A stretch of DNA of 63,979 nucleotides, counting the filler, from Octopus bimaculoides (lineage: Eukaryota): the NCBI RefSeq assembly GCF_001194135.2. It is 9 parts of 8 records of this genome, joined end to end, with 100 filler letters (N's around TTAATTAATTAA, not from the genome) between each part and the next. Parts side by side here need not be neighbours in the genome. Positions count along the whole stretch, not along the records: positions 1 to 2,579 come from NC_069001.1; positions 2,680 to 4,830 come from NC_068981.1; positions 4,931 to 7,970 come from NW_026295350.1; positions 8,071 to 36,160 come from NC_068985.1; 5 more parts are not named here. The stretch is one strand, 5' to 3'. A program made the translations under genes and the position numbers. This document shows, piece by piece, positions 1-13,869 of the stretch (position 1 is the stretch's first letter; the number at the start of each line of letters is the position of its first letter). The notes under the pieces were generated by a model, which had not been told where the DNA came from, searched no databases, and saw only the letters and a program-made list of their open reading frames with translations.

Positions 1-274
1 AAGGTGTTTATAAGCCATTTAATAAACACACAAAAACCGTTAGATTCACATTTAGATTTAATTCACTTCACATTTAAATTTCAACATTTAAATTTAATTT
101 GCCAAAATATTTTCGTCGCTTTGAGACCGCGACCTGTTCACTGACAGCTCGGAATTTTGTCTGTGAACAGGCCGCGGTCTCAAAGCGACGAAAATATTTT
201 TGGCAAATTAAATTTGAATGTTGAAGTGTACCTAAAGGTTTTTGTGTGTTTCTTAAATGGCTTATAAACACCTT
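1..274. mobile_element. Fold-back element (inverted arms 1-146 and 157-274), PLE pLTR-like, each arm with a hammerhead-like motif
   Basis: aaggtgtttataagccatttaa... at position 1 is the reverse complement of ...ttaaatggcttataaacacctt ending at 274; the inner arms pair up to ~146/157. May extend beyond the window start. Confidence 0.7.
99..146 (-). ncRNA. Minimal type I hammerhead-like motif with G3-C8 core swap
   Basis: Minus strand reads tgtca-GTGAACA-g-gtcgc-ggtctcaaa-gcgac-GAA-AATATT-T-tggca: 5-bp stem I, 5-bp stem II, palindromic stem III, putative site UUU. Confidence 0.55.
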
Positions 275-2239
275 CCACGCTACAATTATTTATTTTTTGA
301 TATCTAGAAAGAAGCAAATAGGAAATGACTCTTACTGACCAGACAAAACAAAACTTCAGATTTTGTTACACAGTTGCTATTTTACTCTGCGGTTTCAGTC
401 GTATCTGCTTTACATCACATCTTAGCATCATTGGAAAAATGAAAATAACACTTTCAGTAATGTAGTCCTTGGCATATAAAAGGACATGTTGGTCTACAGG
501 GGACAAATTTTATCCCAGGTCTTCTCGATCAGATCTGACTAAAGTTTTAGTGTAGGAACAACAACAGTAACATAAGTAATTTAAAAGTACATTATGACTT
601 CATTTCAGTAGAGTTTATAGCAGCTGTGAATATTTTGATTTTTTTTTTTTTACTTTTACTATTCCTGAACAAAGTTAATTGATACAGCAGTTAGTCCCTA
701 GGGTATAGCGGAAACAGATGCTGCCGAAAGACATTCAGGAGAGTGGGGGATTAATTAGAAGGGGGCAAAAACGGTTTATGTATTTCTGTAGTGATTAAGA
801 GCTTTAATATTTCCGTGTTTAGCCCCTTATATCCTGCAAAGAAGCATGGAGGACTAGTTAATCAAAAAAATCCTCGCAAATGAACGACAAAATAATTTAT
901 AAAATATAGTAAAATAATACCAATAACAAGATATAATTAATTATTAAATGAAAACTAATTAAATGATGCTGAAATTGGAACATATACATAAAGTGCATTC
1001 AACAACCAATATTGTAAGCTAATCGTTATATAATGTATATCGGAACCAGATTTCTTGCCAAATAAACTAAGGTGTGTAGCAGAAAATAACGGATTTCATA
1101 CGAAAAATAGTGAGTTATTAAATATTTAATTCTTTTCTAATGACATATCGGTTCGATATGAAATCAAAGACGGTGAGAAATATAGAAGAAAAATAAATGT
1201 TTTTCTGATATTTGTAATTACTGCTTAGTCAAAACAATGCTAAATCGGCAGAATTATGATAAAAATTATTCCAGCTGCGATAATCCTGTATTTTATGGTC
1301 TGCACTGGATTAGACCATGTAATGTGGTTTTTTTTTTTCGTTAATCGGTACAACAGAGATTAGTGTGGGATTTGAGTGCGTGTAGATGGTTGATGTTCCC
1401 AGGAAAACGAATGACCACATATTGAATGCTTTAAAATATATTATTCGATATGTTGACAACGAAAGTTGGATAAGGGCTGAGCGGGGGAAGGTGGATAAAT
1501 CAAGGCGACATGCTTGCACCAACGTTATTTGCTCTCTGTATGTATATGTAAAAGTGTGCGTATGTACGTATTTATTTATGTATATACGGGTGCATGTATA
1601 CATGTATATGGGTGTATAGTTGTATATTTCTACACGATAAAAACCAGGCTGACAGGATGTGATAAGTGAATATATAGACAACCCTCTTACATTCTACACA
1701 TTGAAATTTCTTACTATTCATCTTATAGTTTGTCTGTTTATATATATATATATATATATATACGTGAATATGTGTGTGTGTGTGTGCCTTTGTGCATTTA
1801 TGCGTGTATAAGTGTAGCTACTAATGTATGTGTGTGTGTGTGTGTGTGTGAGGGCTTCACATATAGACACAGCTTTTAGAAATACGTACGAGCATTCAAT
1901 ATATAGGCATGTATACATATATCAATATATCTTTGTGGATGAAACAAACAAAAAATTATTTCATGAAAATCTGCCAGTAGCGAACTTTTTTTTGCAGTTC
2001 GTTATGCCGAGAGAAAATTCGTTATCAACAGATTTTGTTATTGACAGGTTAAACTCTACGTACATTTATTGTAAAATGTAAAGTCTGCTTAAATAGGCAG
2101 CTATAAATTGTCATTTTTGTTCATGCATTATCAAAGATCTGAATCTAAGATCGACAAGTGTCCTAATATAAACCAATGTATAAGGGTACGTCATAGAATC
2201 TATCATAAAAGTTTCAGCAAGATAAGATATATCATAACT

Positions 2240-2415
2240 AAGGCGTCGTAGCGGCAAAATCATTAGCACGTCGGACAAAAAGCAAAAATGCTTAGCGGCA
2301 TTTCGTCAGTTTCTGCTTTCTGAGTTCAAATTCCGCCGAGGTCGACTTTGCTTTTTATCTTATAAGGGCGATAAGATAAATACCACTTGAGCATTGGGGT
2401 CGAAGTAAACCATTT
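2240..2415 (+). mobile_element. SINE family A (tRNA head + Nin/Deu-like domain), diverged copy
   Basis: Shares gagttcaaattccgccgaggtcgactttgc with the copies at 6054, 18938 and 54642. Confidence 0.75.
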
Positions 2416-2544
2416 ACAATGTACTGCAAAATTCCAAGTCTTGTACCGAAATTTGAAATGAATATCTCTATACAACTAACTACCTATCTACACATAAAGT
2501 AACATACCTAACCATACACTCACACAAGCACACATTTTCGTATA

Positions 2545-2579
<35 letters not shown>

Positions 2580-2623
2580 NNNNNNNNNNNNNNNNNNNNN
2601 NNNNNNNNNNNNNNNNNNNNNNN

Positions 2624-2635
2624 TTAATTAATTAA
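2624..2635. other. Assembly gap linker TTAATTAATTAA (recurs inside many N-runs)
   Basis: The identical 12-mer sits inside N-runs at ~2.6, 4.9, 8.0, 36.2, 41.2, 58.7, 61.5 and 62.7 kb. Confidence 0.95.
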
Positions 2636-2679
2636 NNNNNNNNNNNNNNNNNNNNNNNNNNNNNNNNNNNNNNNNNNNN

Positions 2680-2730
<51 letters not shown>

Positions 2731-2818
2731 ATATACACACGCACACACACAAACACACACACACATACACATTATTATTATTATTATCATCACTGTGATA
2801 TTACATATATATATCTAT

Positions 2819-2852
<34 letters not shown>

Positions 2853-5800
2853 GTTTACATGTATATATATGTGTGTGTATGTTGTGCGTGCGTGTAAGTA
2901 CACAAACACCAAGCGCCATTTTAAAGTCGCTTTTATATTATGTTACTTTATATCGTCGTTTAGTATGTCACGTTATGATGTGCTCCACATTATGTTATGC
3001 ATAATTTTGGTAACTTATATCATGTCATATTTCTTTTAGTTCTATGACACCGTTATTTTTTTTATATTTTGCTATAATGCGTGATATACGTGGAATATTT
3101 TGTGACTGGTAATATTCATTTATAATGCAATGCGTCATATGTTCACATTTATATTGTATACATTTTCCATTTACTTTACTGCTGATGTCTGTCCGCATAA
3201 CAACGAATTGCCAGAGTTGTTCTTGGCTCGGATAAATCGCTTCAAGATTGTCATTCCTTGCACAATAAATTAAAATACCGCCAGTCAAACTTTTTTTATT
3301 TTAGCCTCAGATATACGCTATATAAATTACCACAGCTGGGCCTATTTCTATTCTCGTATTCTTTGTTTGGTTGCCTATCACTTTATGGGAGAAATCGGCT
3401 ATATACTAACTTGAGTAATAGCCCCAGCAATGTATAATATTGCCAGAGCTGCGTAGCATGACACCTCCTTGAGACAACTCTCAAGATGAAGCAAACATAC
3501 CTTGTATATAAGTATAATGGATTTCCATCTTGTATAATATATTGTCATCTTAGTAGAATACATTGTATCATACCAAGGTTATATTATGTACGGAAGAATG
3601 CTATATATATTATAAATATCTTGTTGTCCAATCTTGAATCTTGTATTGGTTTATTTAGATAGAAATGCATAACAGAGACGTTGGTAGCGCGCGAGTATCA
3701 ATATACATATGTATACACCCACAGATACACACACAAACACACACACACATATACGCACACACATATATATCATGATACATTAACGGATTTCTCACGTATG
3801 TACTTGCTTTGAAATGTTGTTTCGAAAATTTCGCAGTATTTAAAAAATAAAACTGTTACATTTTTCCAATTTGCTTCCATTAAATCGAGAATGCTAGTAA
3901 TTTGGATGAATAATACTTAATGTCAATAAGTTAGTAGCACTGTAACATTATCAAGGAATTTCAGTACGGTGTAACAGAAACATCTTCAAGCAATATTCAA
4001 ATCTTTTATTGACTTTCAATGATTCAGGAAACATTTCTAAAGTTCTTATATTCTAAAGCATAAACAAACACATTATGCGAAATTTATCATGAGAGTTACA
4101 GATAATGTTTAACTTCTTGTATAGAAATAATGGATTACGATTCTAAATCTTAATTTTTAGTTTGACTTCTTTCAAGTTTTCCTACTTCACCCACTGCATT
4201 TATTGTAAATCAGCAACTATGATGAATGGTATTATAATGTGTATTATACTCCAAGCTATAAATGATTTTTATAATCATTGATTGCATGTTTCCAAGTGAA
4301 GGTGAGAAATGTCTGACAAATAACTGGAAAGATATTTTCAAATCCATATCCCGGTTATTAAATGAATTGTCATAAAATATATAAATACAAGCGGAAGCTA
4401 ACATTAAAACGAAAGTCTTCATATTTTTCTAACACAATACTTGTAGGCTTGTGGTTGATTAAGAATGCCAGGAAACACTGCATTTGAAGTAGTTATATCA
4501 TAACGGAAAACATGCACAATAATAACTTCGTTGAAAATACTATAATATTTATTTCTCATTTTAAAACACTTTTCCAAACGTCGGTGTATTATAGTGATAT
4601 AATTGAAATCAACATTTCACAATGAACAGTATGCACAAGGATGAATGCTGAAAACTTAAATTGATTTCAACTGTATTGAAACAAATTATATACAAGCATC
4701 CTAAAGATATATAAATTTGAACATATACAAAATAGATGCACACTTATAAGTACATACATGCATACATACATACACACACACACATATATATATATACATA
4801 CATACATATATATATATATATACATACATANNNNNNNNNNNNNNNNNNNNNNNNNNNNNNNNNNNNNNNNNNNNTTAATTAATTAANNNNNNNNNNNNNN
4901 NNNNNNNNNNNNNNNNNNNNNNNNNNNNNNCCATACGTATATACATACATACATACATACATACATACATACATACATACCAGAAAGCAACCAACCAGCA
5001 CGCACATAACAAATGCAGTCTGTAAGCAGAACAGTAAAATTATGCAAAACTTTACATTGTATCCATTCAGACAACACCTGCTGAACAGTGAAGAAAGAAA
5101 TGAGTACATTCCATGCGTACACAAAAGTGAGAAGATCAACATCTTCAGAGTTGGAGAAGGAATACTGTGCAGGTACTCTGAGAATACAACTGCTGTCATG
5201 CAACCCAAAGGAGACAGGATTTGGCCTACCTAAGCAGAAACTTGGAGGAGAAACAGGCATCATACAAATGATAAGCAATGCTTGGGTACATATTCCGTTA
5301 GAGGGCAACAACAGCAATAACAGGAAGAGTGACTGATTGGCACTCCGTCGGTTGTGACGGCGAGGGTTCCACTTGATCCGATCAACGGAACAGCCTGCTC
5401 GTGAAATTAACGTGCAAGTGGCTGAGCACTCCACAGACACGTGTACCCTTAACGTAGCTCTCGGGGAGATTCAGCGTGACACAGAGTGTGACAAGGCTGG
5501 CCCTTTGAAATACAGGTACAACAGAAACAGGAAGAAAGAGTAAGAGAAAGTTGTGGTGAAAGAGTACAGCAGGGTTCGCCACCATCCTCTGCTGGAGCCT
5601 CATGGAGCTTTAGGTCTGGTCTGGGAANNNNNNNNNNNNNNNNNNNNNNNNNNNNNNNNNNNNNNNNNNNNNNNNNNNNNNNNNNNNNNNNNNNNNNNNN
5701 NNNNNNNNNNNNNNNNNNNNNNNNNNNNNNNNNNNNNNNNNNNNNNNNNNNNNNNNNNNNNNNNNNNNNNNNNNNNNNNNNNNNNNNNNNNNNNNNNNNN

Positions 5801-6053
5801 NNNNNNNNNNNNNNNNNNNNNNNNNNNNNNNNNNNNNNNNNNNNNNNNNNNNNNNNNNNNNNNNNNNNNNNNNNNNNNNNNNNNNNNNNNNNNNNNNNNN
5901 NNAAAAACGAATGGAGAAATTCGAAGAAGTTCTTTGGTCCAATGGCAGAGTGCCTGTTATGTGTACATACAAAGAATGCCGGTTCGAGTTCCATGAGTAG
6001 CCTTCGACATTTTCTATCCATAGGTTTTTGTATCCATTATTTATACACTATTA

Positions 6054-6501
6054 AGGCGGCGAGCTGGCAGAAACATTAACACGCCGGACGAAATGCTTAG
6101 CAGTATTTCGTCTGCTGTTACGTTCTGAGTTCAAATTCCGCCGAGGTCGACTTTGTCCTTCATCCTTTCAGGGTCGATTAAATAAGTACCAGTTACGTAC
6201 TGGGGTCGATATAATCGACTTAATCCGTTTCTCTGTCCTTGTTTGTCTCCTCTGTGTCTAGCCTCTTATGAGCAGTAAAGAAATAAGAAACATTAACACG
6301 GCGGACGAAATGCTTAGCGGTATTTCGTCAACCATTACGTTCTGAGTTCAAATGCCACCGAGGTCGACTTTGCCTTTCATCCTTTCGGGGTCGATTAAAT
6401 AAGTACCAGTTATGCACTGGGGTCGGTGTAATCGACTTAATCCGTTTGTTGTACTTGTTTGTCCCCTCTATGTTTAGCCCCCTGTGGGCAATAAAGAAAT
6501 A
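6054..6501 (+). mobile_element. SINE family A head-to-tail dimer with 18-bp TSD
   Basis: Monomers at 6054-6286 and 6287-6501, flanked by identical attatttatacactatta (6036-6053 and 6502-6519). Has a B-box-like gagttcaaattcc and a gccgaggtcgactttgcctttcatcctttcggggtcgat Nin/Deu-like core. Confidence 0.9.
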
Positions 6502-7663
6502 ATTATTTATACACTATTATGTGTAGCTTTATCTGCTTCGAGATTCGCCGATCCAATATATCTATATGTATCTATGTGCATGCTGTACTAATCAGTAATC
6601 ATACTCATTAGCCATATTGTACACACGTAATTCTGTTAAAGGAAATATTCTATAACATCAGATTCATACGCACATTGAATGTAACATAATATATAGATTT
6701 CGTTATAGCAAAAGTACCCACATAGATCGATAAACGAGACACATATCAATAATGAATATATAAATTGTTACTTAGATCATAAGAGAAGTTAATATTCATA
6801 TTTTTATTCCGATATCTATTTTGAAATATCTGTGAAAATACGAGATTTATTACTCTGCTCTTACTGTCTTGTGTGGATAATGAACGAAAATTAAGAAAAA
6901 CTACTTCGTTGAAGTATATTAAGACATAACAACTATATTGAATAGAGATAAATAATATAACTATATTTATTGCATTGCATTTAATGTTCTGGATAAAATA
7001 CTTATTGGGAAAGTGGAGAAGAAAAAAAAAATTATACACACGATATTTTTGAAAGATTTGTATTAACTGTGAGTGTATAACAGGGGCCTATTTAAAAAAA
7101 ATAAAACACAACATTTTGTTATTGAAAGTTAACGCCATCTTGTTGATTATAAGACACTAAGAAGAGTTAACTATACAATTAGTTCGATTAGAGAAATTAA
7201 ATTAAGTTAATTAAAAATTTTTATATTGAAACTATTTAATTGGGTATTTCATAAAGGGATAATTTCTAGAAAAGGAGTGACATTCAAGTGTGTTGGTCTA
7301 TCCTGGACAAAGTCAGATGCATGCGTTGCAACGCAGTCTACTATAATGAATCCATAAACACATATATAACATCCAAGGGTATATTATTTTTTCCTTCTGA
7401 AGATATGCTCAGCTCATATAAATTTAACATTCACTTAATATTTACTAAGTATTAATTGAAACAGCTGTAAGGAATGATGATTAATTTGCGATAAATAAAC
7501 AATTATTAACTTCCCAGTCTCCATTTTGTTTTTCTTCTCTTGTATATATATATACGTATGTATGTATGTATGTTTGTATGTATGTATGTATGTATGTATG
7601 TATGTATGTATCTATCTATCTATCTATCTATCTATACATATATATAGATATATAGGACAGGGA

Positions 7664-7970
7664 ATCGTCAATTAGTAATAAAATTAATAATTAACAATTT
7701 TGCCGGGTAGCTCAGTATGAAAAAACCTTTATCGGTAAAACCATTTATAATCATAAATATACAGGGATTAGCAGAAGCCTGCTTCTCCAACATACTGAGA
7801 ATTCAGAAATAGCAGTCAAAGAACTACTGATTCCAAACTACAAATTTTTACTCTAACGGATGCTAATCCCTGTATATTTATGATTATAAATGGTTTTACC
7901 GATAAAGGTTTTTTCATACTGAGCTACCCGGCAAAATTGTTAATTATTAATTTTATTACTAATTGACGAT
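7664..7970. repeat. Perfect 110-bp inverted repeat with 87-bp spacer
   Basis: 7664-7773 is the reverse complement of 7861-7970; the right arm abuts an assembly gap. Confidence 0.85.
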
Positions 7971-8569
7971 NNNNNNNNNNNNNNNNNNNNNNNNNNNNNN
8001 NNNNNNNNNNNNNNTTAATTAATTAANNNNNNNNNNNNNNNNNNNNNNNNNNNNNNNNNNNNNNNNNNNNTGTTGTTGTTGTTGTTGTTGTTGCTGCTGT
8101 TGTAATCATCACCATCGTCGTCGTCGTCGTCGTCGTTGTTGTTCACAAGAACAACGACAATTATAATATGTCATGTGGAAAGATAATATATATATTTTTG
8201 AAAAAAAAAAAACAAGAAAATACAATTTAATTTTAGTGAAAAAGATCCACAAAGAACCATGATTTTATTGAAATGTTGCGTCGAGTTTCAGATAAAACTA
8301 TAACACAAAAGAACTTTGCAGTATATTCCTGACCTATCGCTTTGAACGTTTGCCAACTTAACAGTTATAATTTTCTGTTTTATTTATTTATTTCTTAATT
8401 TGTTTGTTTGTTTGTTTGTTTATTTCTTTATTTCTTTGTTTGTTTGTTTGTTTGTTTTGTTTATAAGCCTCGTACATTGATCAGTGAGTCAGCGAGTGCT
8501 TACGATTTTGCATGGGTATACACGAGCACATCTGTATGAGTATGTATGTCGCTTTATGCAACTCTATAG

Positions 8570-8614
<45 letters not shown>

Positions 8615-9049
8615 TGTGTGTGTGTGTGTGTGTATGTGTACATATGTGTGTGCATTTGTGTGTGCATGCACACGTTCACACGCCACCTGTCCGCACACGC
8701 TCGCAAGAACACGTACACAAATATATACACTTCGAAACTCATGTGCTTTATATTTATATATATATATATACATGTGTATATGTATATATATATACATGTA
8801 TATATGTATACACACGCACATACATGTACATGGATATGAATGTATGTATGTATGTATGTATGTATGCATGTATGTACGTATCTATCTATTTATTACAATC
8901 AAAGCAACGAAGAAGTACCTCCATGAAGGCAAGAAACTTATGTAACAGCGAGCTGAAATATAAACTAGATCTCTTGAAGAAGTTTCGCTTTATAGTTTAA
9001 TTTTTTTCCCCCCCATTTTTGCAATCTTCAACATTTTAGTACCGTTAAC

Positions 9050-9122
<73 letters not shown>

Positions 9123-9683
9123 CAACAATAACATCAACAACAATAATGATAATAATATTATTACAATCAAATGTTCTACATATCTAGATAAGAGGAAAAA
9201 AGAAAGAAAATAGATAGATGTATACTTTTTTTCTTTTTAAGACATGTCGTTTTGTGTTTGGTATGCCTTTAACTTTAAAATATTTCTTTTATTTTCTCAT
9301 CTGAAAGAGAAAAAAAAAATCTATGAATATTCTTGTCAATATGAAAAGAATCAAAACGTCGTTATAAAACAATTACCTCCCCTGTGCACTTGGAGTACCT
9401 TTTCATTTTCTTTCATTACCCAACGACTTAGCTAAGCAAAACGACTATCGTAAATAGAAAATCATGTATTGTCACTTGTATATCTCTTAGTGGATGTCAT
9501 TTAAACACTGTTGTTATGAGATGTTAAGGAATGTAGAATAATATCCGTCACATATCCGACATATATGCATATATACTAAAATAAAGTATTGTACATATAT
9601 ATGTATATGTATATTTGTGTATATATATGTATATGCATTTGTGTGTGCATTTATATGTATGTATATGTGAGTATATGTATATA

Positions 9684-9716
<33 letters not shown>

Positions 9717-9906
9717 NNNNNNNNNNNNNNNNNNNNNNNNNNNNNNNNNNNNNNNNNNNNNNNNNNNNNNNNNNNNNNNNNNNNNNNNNNNNNNNNNNNN
9801 NNNNNNNNNNNNNNNNNNNNNNNNNNNNNNNNNNNNNNNNNNNNNNNNNNNNNNNNNNNNNNNNNNNNNNNNNNNNNNNNNNNNNNNNNNNNNNNNNNNN
9901 NNNNNN

Positions 9907-9966
<60 letters not shown>

Positions 9967-9975
9967 CATTATTAA

Positions 9976-10023
<48 letters not shown>

Positions 10024-10026
10024 TAA

Positions 10027-10060
<34 letters not shown>

Positions 10061-11584
10061 TTAACCGTACAGAAAAGCTGAGATTGCAAAAACTGAACAA
10101 AAATATTAAAAATATATAGCGTGATGTAGTTTGTTTGCGTGCGTATGTGACTATGTAATTGTGTGTGTGTGTATGTGTGTGTGTATGTGTGTGTGTAAGT
10201 GTGTGCGTGTGTGTGTGTAGATGGATAGATAGATAGACAGATATGAACACATATATGTGAGATGTCATCATATCCACATTGATGTATATAAGAATGTATT
10301 AAGGTAACCGTGTGTCTGTCTGTGTATATATATATAAGTATATATATATAAATGTCTCTTTGTATGTATGTACGTACGTACGTACGTACATACGTATGTA
10401 TGTATGTATGTATGTATGTATGTATCTATGTATTTTATGTAAGTATGTATGTATGTATCTATGTATTTTATGTATGTATGTAAATATATATTTGATCATT
10501 GTTGACTATAGAAGAGTTCGCTAAGCACAAATGCTGCGAGGGCTGCAGNNNNNNNNNNNNNNNNNNNNNNNNNNNNNNNNNNNNNNNNNNNNNNNNNNNN
10601 NNNNNNNNNNNNNNNNNNNNNNNNNNNNNNNNNNNNNNNNNNNNNNNNNNNNNNNNNNNNNNNNNNNNNNNNNNNNNNNNNNNNNNNNNNNNNNNNNNNN
10701 NNNNNNNNNNNNNNNNNNNNNNNNNNNNNNNNNNNNNNNNNNNNNNNNNNNNNNNNNNNNNNNNNNNNNNNNNNNNNNNNNNNNNNNNNNNNNNNNNNNN
10801 NNNNNNNNNNNNNNNNNNNNNNNNNNNNNNNNNNNNNNNNNNNNNNNNNNNNNNNNNNNNNNNNNNNNNNNNNNNNNNNNNNNNNNNNNNNNNNNNNNNN
10901 NNNNNNNNNNNNNNNNNNNNNNNNNNNNNNNNNNNNNNNNNNNNNNNNNNNNNNNNNNNNNNNNNNNNNNNNNNNNNNNNNNNNNNNNNNNNNNNNNNNN
11001 NNNNNNNNNNNNNNNNNNNNNNNNNNNNNNNNNNNNNNNNNNNNNNNNNNNNNNNNNNNNNNNNNNNNNNNNNNNNNNNNNNNNNNNNNNNNNNNNNNNN
11101 NNNNNNNNNNNNNNNNNNNNNNNNNNNNNNNNNNNNNNNNNNNNNNNNNNNNNNNNNNNNNNNNNNNNNNNNNNNNNNNNNNNNNNNNNNNNNNNNNNNN
11201 NNNNNNNNNNNNNNNNNNTATATATTTCTAGAGAAAGAGAGAGAGAAATGTATATGTATATATATATAGATATAGATAGGTAGATGGGGTGTCTCTGTGC
11301 TTGTTTGCTTCGCTCTATTCAACGCTTGGCAAACGGTGCTGGTGTGTTAACGTCCCTGTTACGTAGTGGTACAATAAACAGACCGGTAGGAGAGGTGCCA
11401 GGCTTCAAAATAAGTAACTGGGTGGGGTTTTTTTGACTAAGCACTTCAAAGCGGTGCCCCAACAGTCACAGTCCAAGGACTTGGAAAATGAAAGGTAAGG
11501 TAAAAGAAAAATCAATACACTTAAGAAATCTCTTTGGTGGTGGTGGGGAGGAATGGTTATGGCTAGAAAGACGTTGATTTACTT

Positions 11585-11974
11585 TAGTGTTTCTCATACG
11601 GGATCCATTTGGTCCACTGGGGTCCGTATATCCCCTCAGAGTCTGTATGGTGCCTTTGGGGTTCACATAAGGTTTTGGGAAGTCCACACAAGCAAAGTAG
11701 TAAATTAGGTCCACTGGAATATATTATGAGTCCATGAAAATTTTTGCTTTAGTTGTATTTATTAGGAGAAATGGCTAGGTTTCGTACTTTGTTGTTTTAT
11801 ATAGTTCAGCCTACACAAATAAATACGTGATCAAGAAAATAAAAATTTTGAAAGTAGTATCTATAAAACTAGTTTTTTTTTTGTTCTTTTTTAACATAGA
11901 ATGGCTTTTCGGATCCACCGGAATAAAATCTAATCAAAAGGGGTCCATAGATAAAAAATGGTTTAGAGTCATTG
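11585..11974. mobile_element. Degenerate hAT/Charlie-like MITE
   Basis: Ends tagtgtttctca... and ...ggtttagagtcattg resemble cagtggttctcaacc-type TIRs, with subterminal ggggtcc motifs. Confidence 0.4.
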
Positions 11975-12734
11975 ATCTACTTGAACTGTACTGATCTGGT
12001 TTGAAACTGGTTGAATAGGAACCACATAGCTACTGATAGAATCAAGTTCGAGTTAGAATGCTGTCTATTGTCAACGCCACATTACCAGCGTGTGACACTA
12101 CAAGAGATGTTTACAATCTCAACACATATTTATTCATTCATTTATTTATTATTTTACTTTATTTTATTTTTAGCCTCATTGATGGAAAGCTTTGATGCTG
12201 AGCTGCAATTATAAGGCCTTCCGTTTCTACTTTTAGGCTTAAATTTTTCAGTCAACAATCAGATTTATTTCATCTTCCAGCTAACTGACCGTATAGTAGT
12301 TTCATTACCTTTTTCCTTGTTCGTTGCGTCCTGTAGGTTATCTTTTCATCTTTTGGCTTGAAGCGCTGGCTTTTCACTTCAGCCTTCTATTTGTGCTTCT
12401 ACGTGTATGCACATGTGTATGTTGTGCATCTGTGATTAAGTATGTGAGTGTACGTGTATGTTTTTCTTCTTCTAAGTGTCTAAGTGTTGTTCTTTTAGTA
12501 TCTGATCTTGTTTTAGACATTTTTATGTCTGTTTTCTGGTGAGCGAGATTTTCGTGTGCTTGTGAATTTTGGAACACTTATCAGGATGTTTGTTTAACAC
12601 ACATACAAATAAATACAAACCTGTATAGATTGATACACACAGAGTTAAGTATATATGTATCTATGTATAAACATTCATATATATATATCTATACGCATAC
12701 ACACCTAGATATTTATATATGTATATATCCATAC

Positions 12735-12766
<32 letters not shown>

Positions 12767-13869
12767 ATATATAATGTATCTCTCTCTCTTTCTCTCTCTC
12801 TCTCTCCCTCTCTCTCTCTCTCTCCCTCTNNNNNNNNNNNNNNNNNNNNNNNNNNNNNNNNNNNNNNNNNNNNNNNNNNNNNNNNNNNNNNNNNNNNNNN
12901 NNNNNNNNNNNNNNNNNNNNNNNNNNNNNNNNNNNNNNNNNNNNNNNNNNNNNNNNNNNNNNNNNNNNNNNNNNNNNNNNNNNNNNNNNNNNNNNNNNNN
13001 NNNNNNNNNNNNNNNNNNNNNNNNNNNNNNNNNNNNNNNNNNNNNNNNNNNNNNNNNNNNNNNNNNNNNNNNNNNNNNNNNNNNNNNNNNNNNNNNNNNN
13101 NNNNNNNNNNNNNNNNNNNNNNNNNNNNNNNNNNNNNNNNNNNNNNNNNNNNNNNNNNNNNNNNNNNNNNNNNNNNNNNNNNNNNNNNNNNNNNNNNNNN
13201 NNNNNNNNNNNNNNNNNNNNNNNNNNNNNNNNNNNNNNNNNNNNNNNNNNNNNNNNNNNNNNNNNNNNNNNNNNNNNNNNNNNNNNNNNNNNNNNNNNNN
13301 NNNNNNNNNNNNNNNNNNNNNNNNNNNNNNNNNNNNNNNNNNNNNNNNNNNNNNNNNNNNNNNNNNNNNNNNNNNNNNNNNNNNNNNNNNNNNNNNNNNN
13401 NNNNNNNNNNNNNNNNNNNNNNNNNNNNNNNNNNNNNNNNNNNNNNNNNNNNNNNNNNNNNNNNNNNNNNNNNNNNNNNNNNNNNNNNNNNNNNNNNNNN
13501 NNNNNNNNNNNNNNNNNNNNNNNNNNNNNNNNNNNNNNNNNNNNNNNNNNNNNNNNNNNNNNNNNNNNNNNNNNNNNNNNNNNNNNNNNNNNNNNNNNNN
13601 NNNNNNNNNNNNNNNNNNNNNNNNNNNNNNNNNNNNNNNNNNNNNNNNNNNNNNNNNNNNNNNNNNTATATATATATATATATATATATATCCAAAGTCC
13701 TGTGTTCTGAAGACGTTGGTGGTGGTGGTGTTGGTGTTTGTTACAGATATTTGGCTGCCGTTTTAGCAGGTTATAATATCGCATTGTTGCTGACCCCACC
13801 CCACTCCATATTCGACTCACTGTTAATTGTTTTATCGTGTTTCAGATCAGAGAAATCTTAGTTGAATCA

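Noticed and set aside
2624-2635. Recurrent TTAATTAATTAA motif
   Set aside because: Always embedded in N-runs, so it is a scaffolding linker rather than biology.
5000-5630. ORFs at 5042, 5088 and 5382 and the adjacent GC-richer sequence
   Set aside because: No recognisable protein motif; probably repeat-derived, but there is no second copy in the window to support a call.
12310-12390. Minus-strand K/R-rich exon ending AAG|gtaatg
   Set aside because: Good donor but no pyrimidine-rich acceptor and no recognisable homology.
12545-12590. Minus-strand CTGATAA-gtgt...acac-GAAA motif
   Set aside because: G8 is lost and there is no stem I or stem III pairing.
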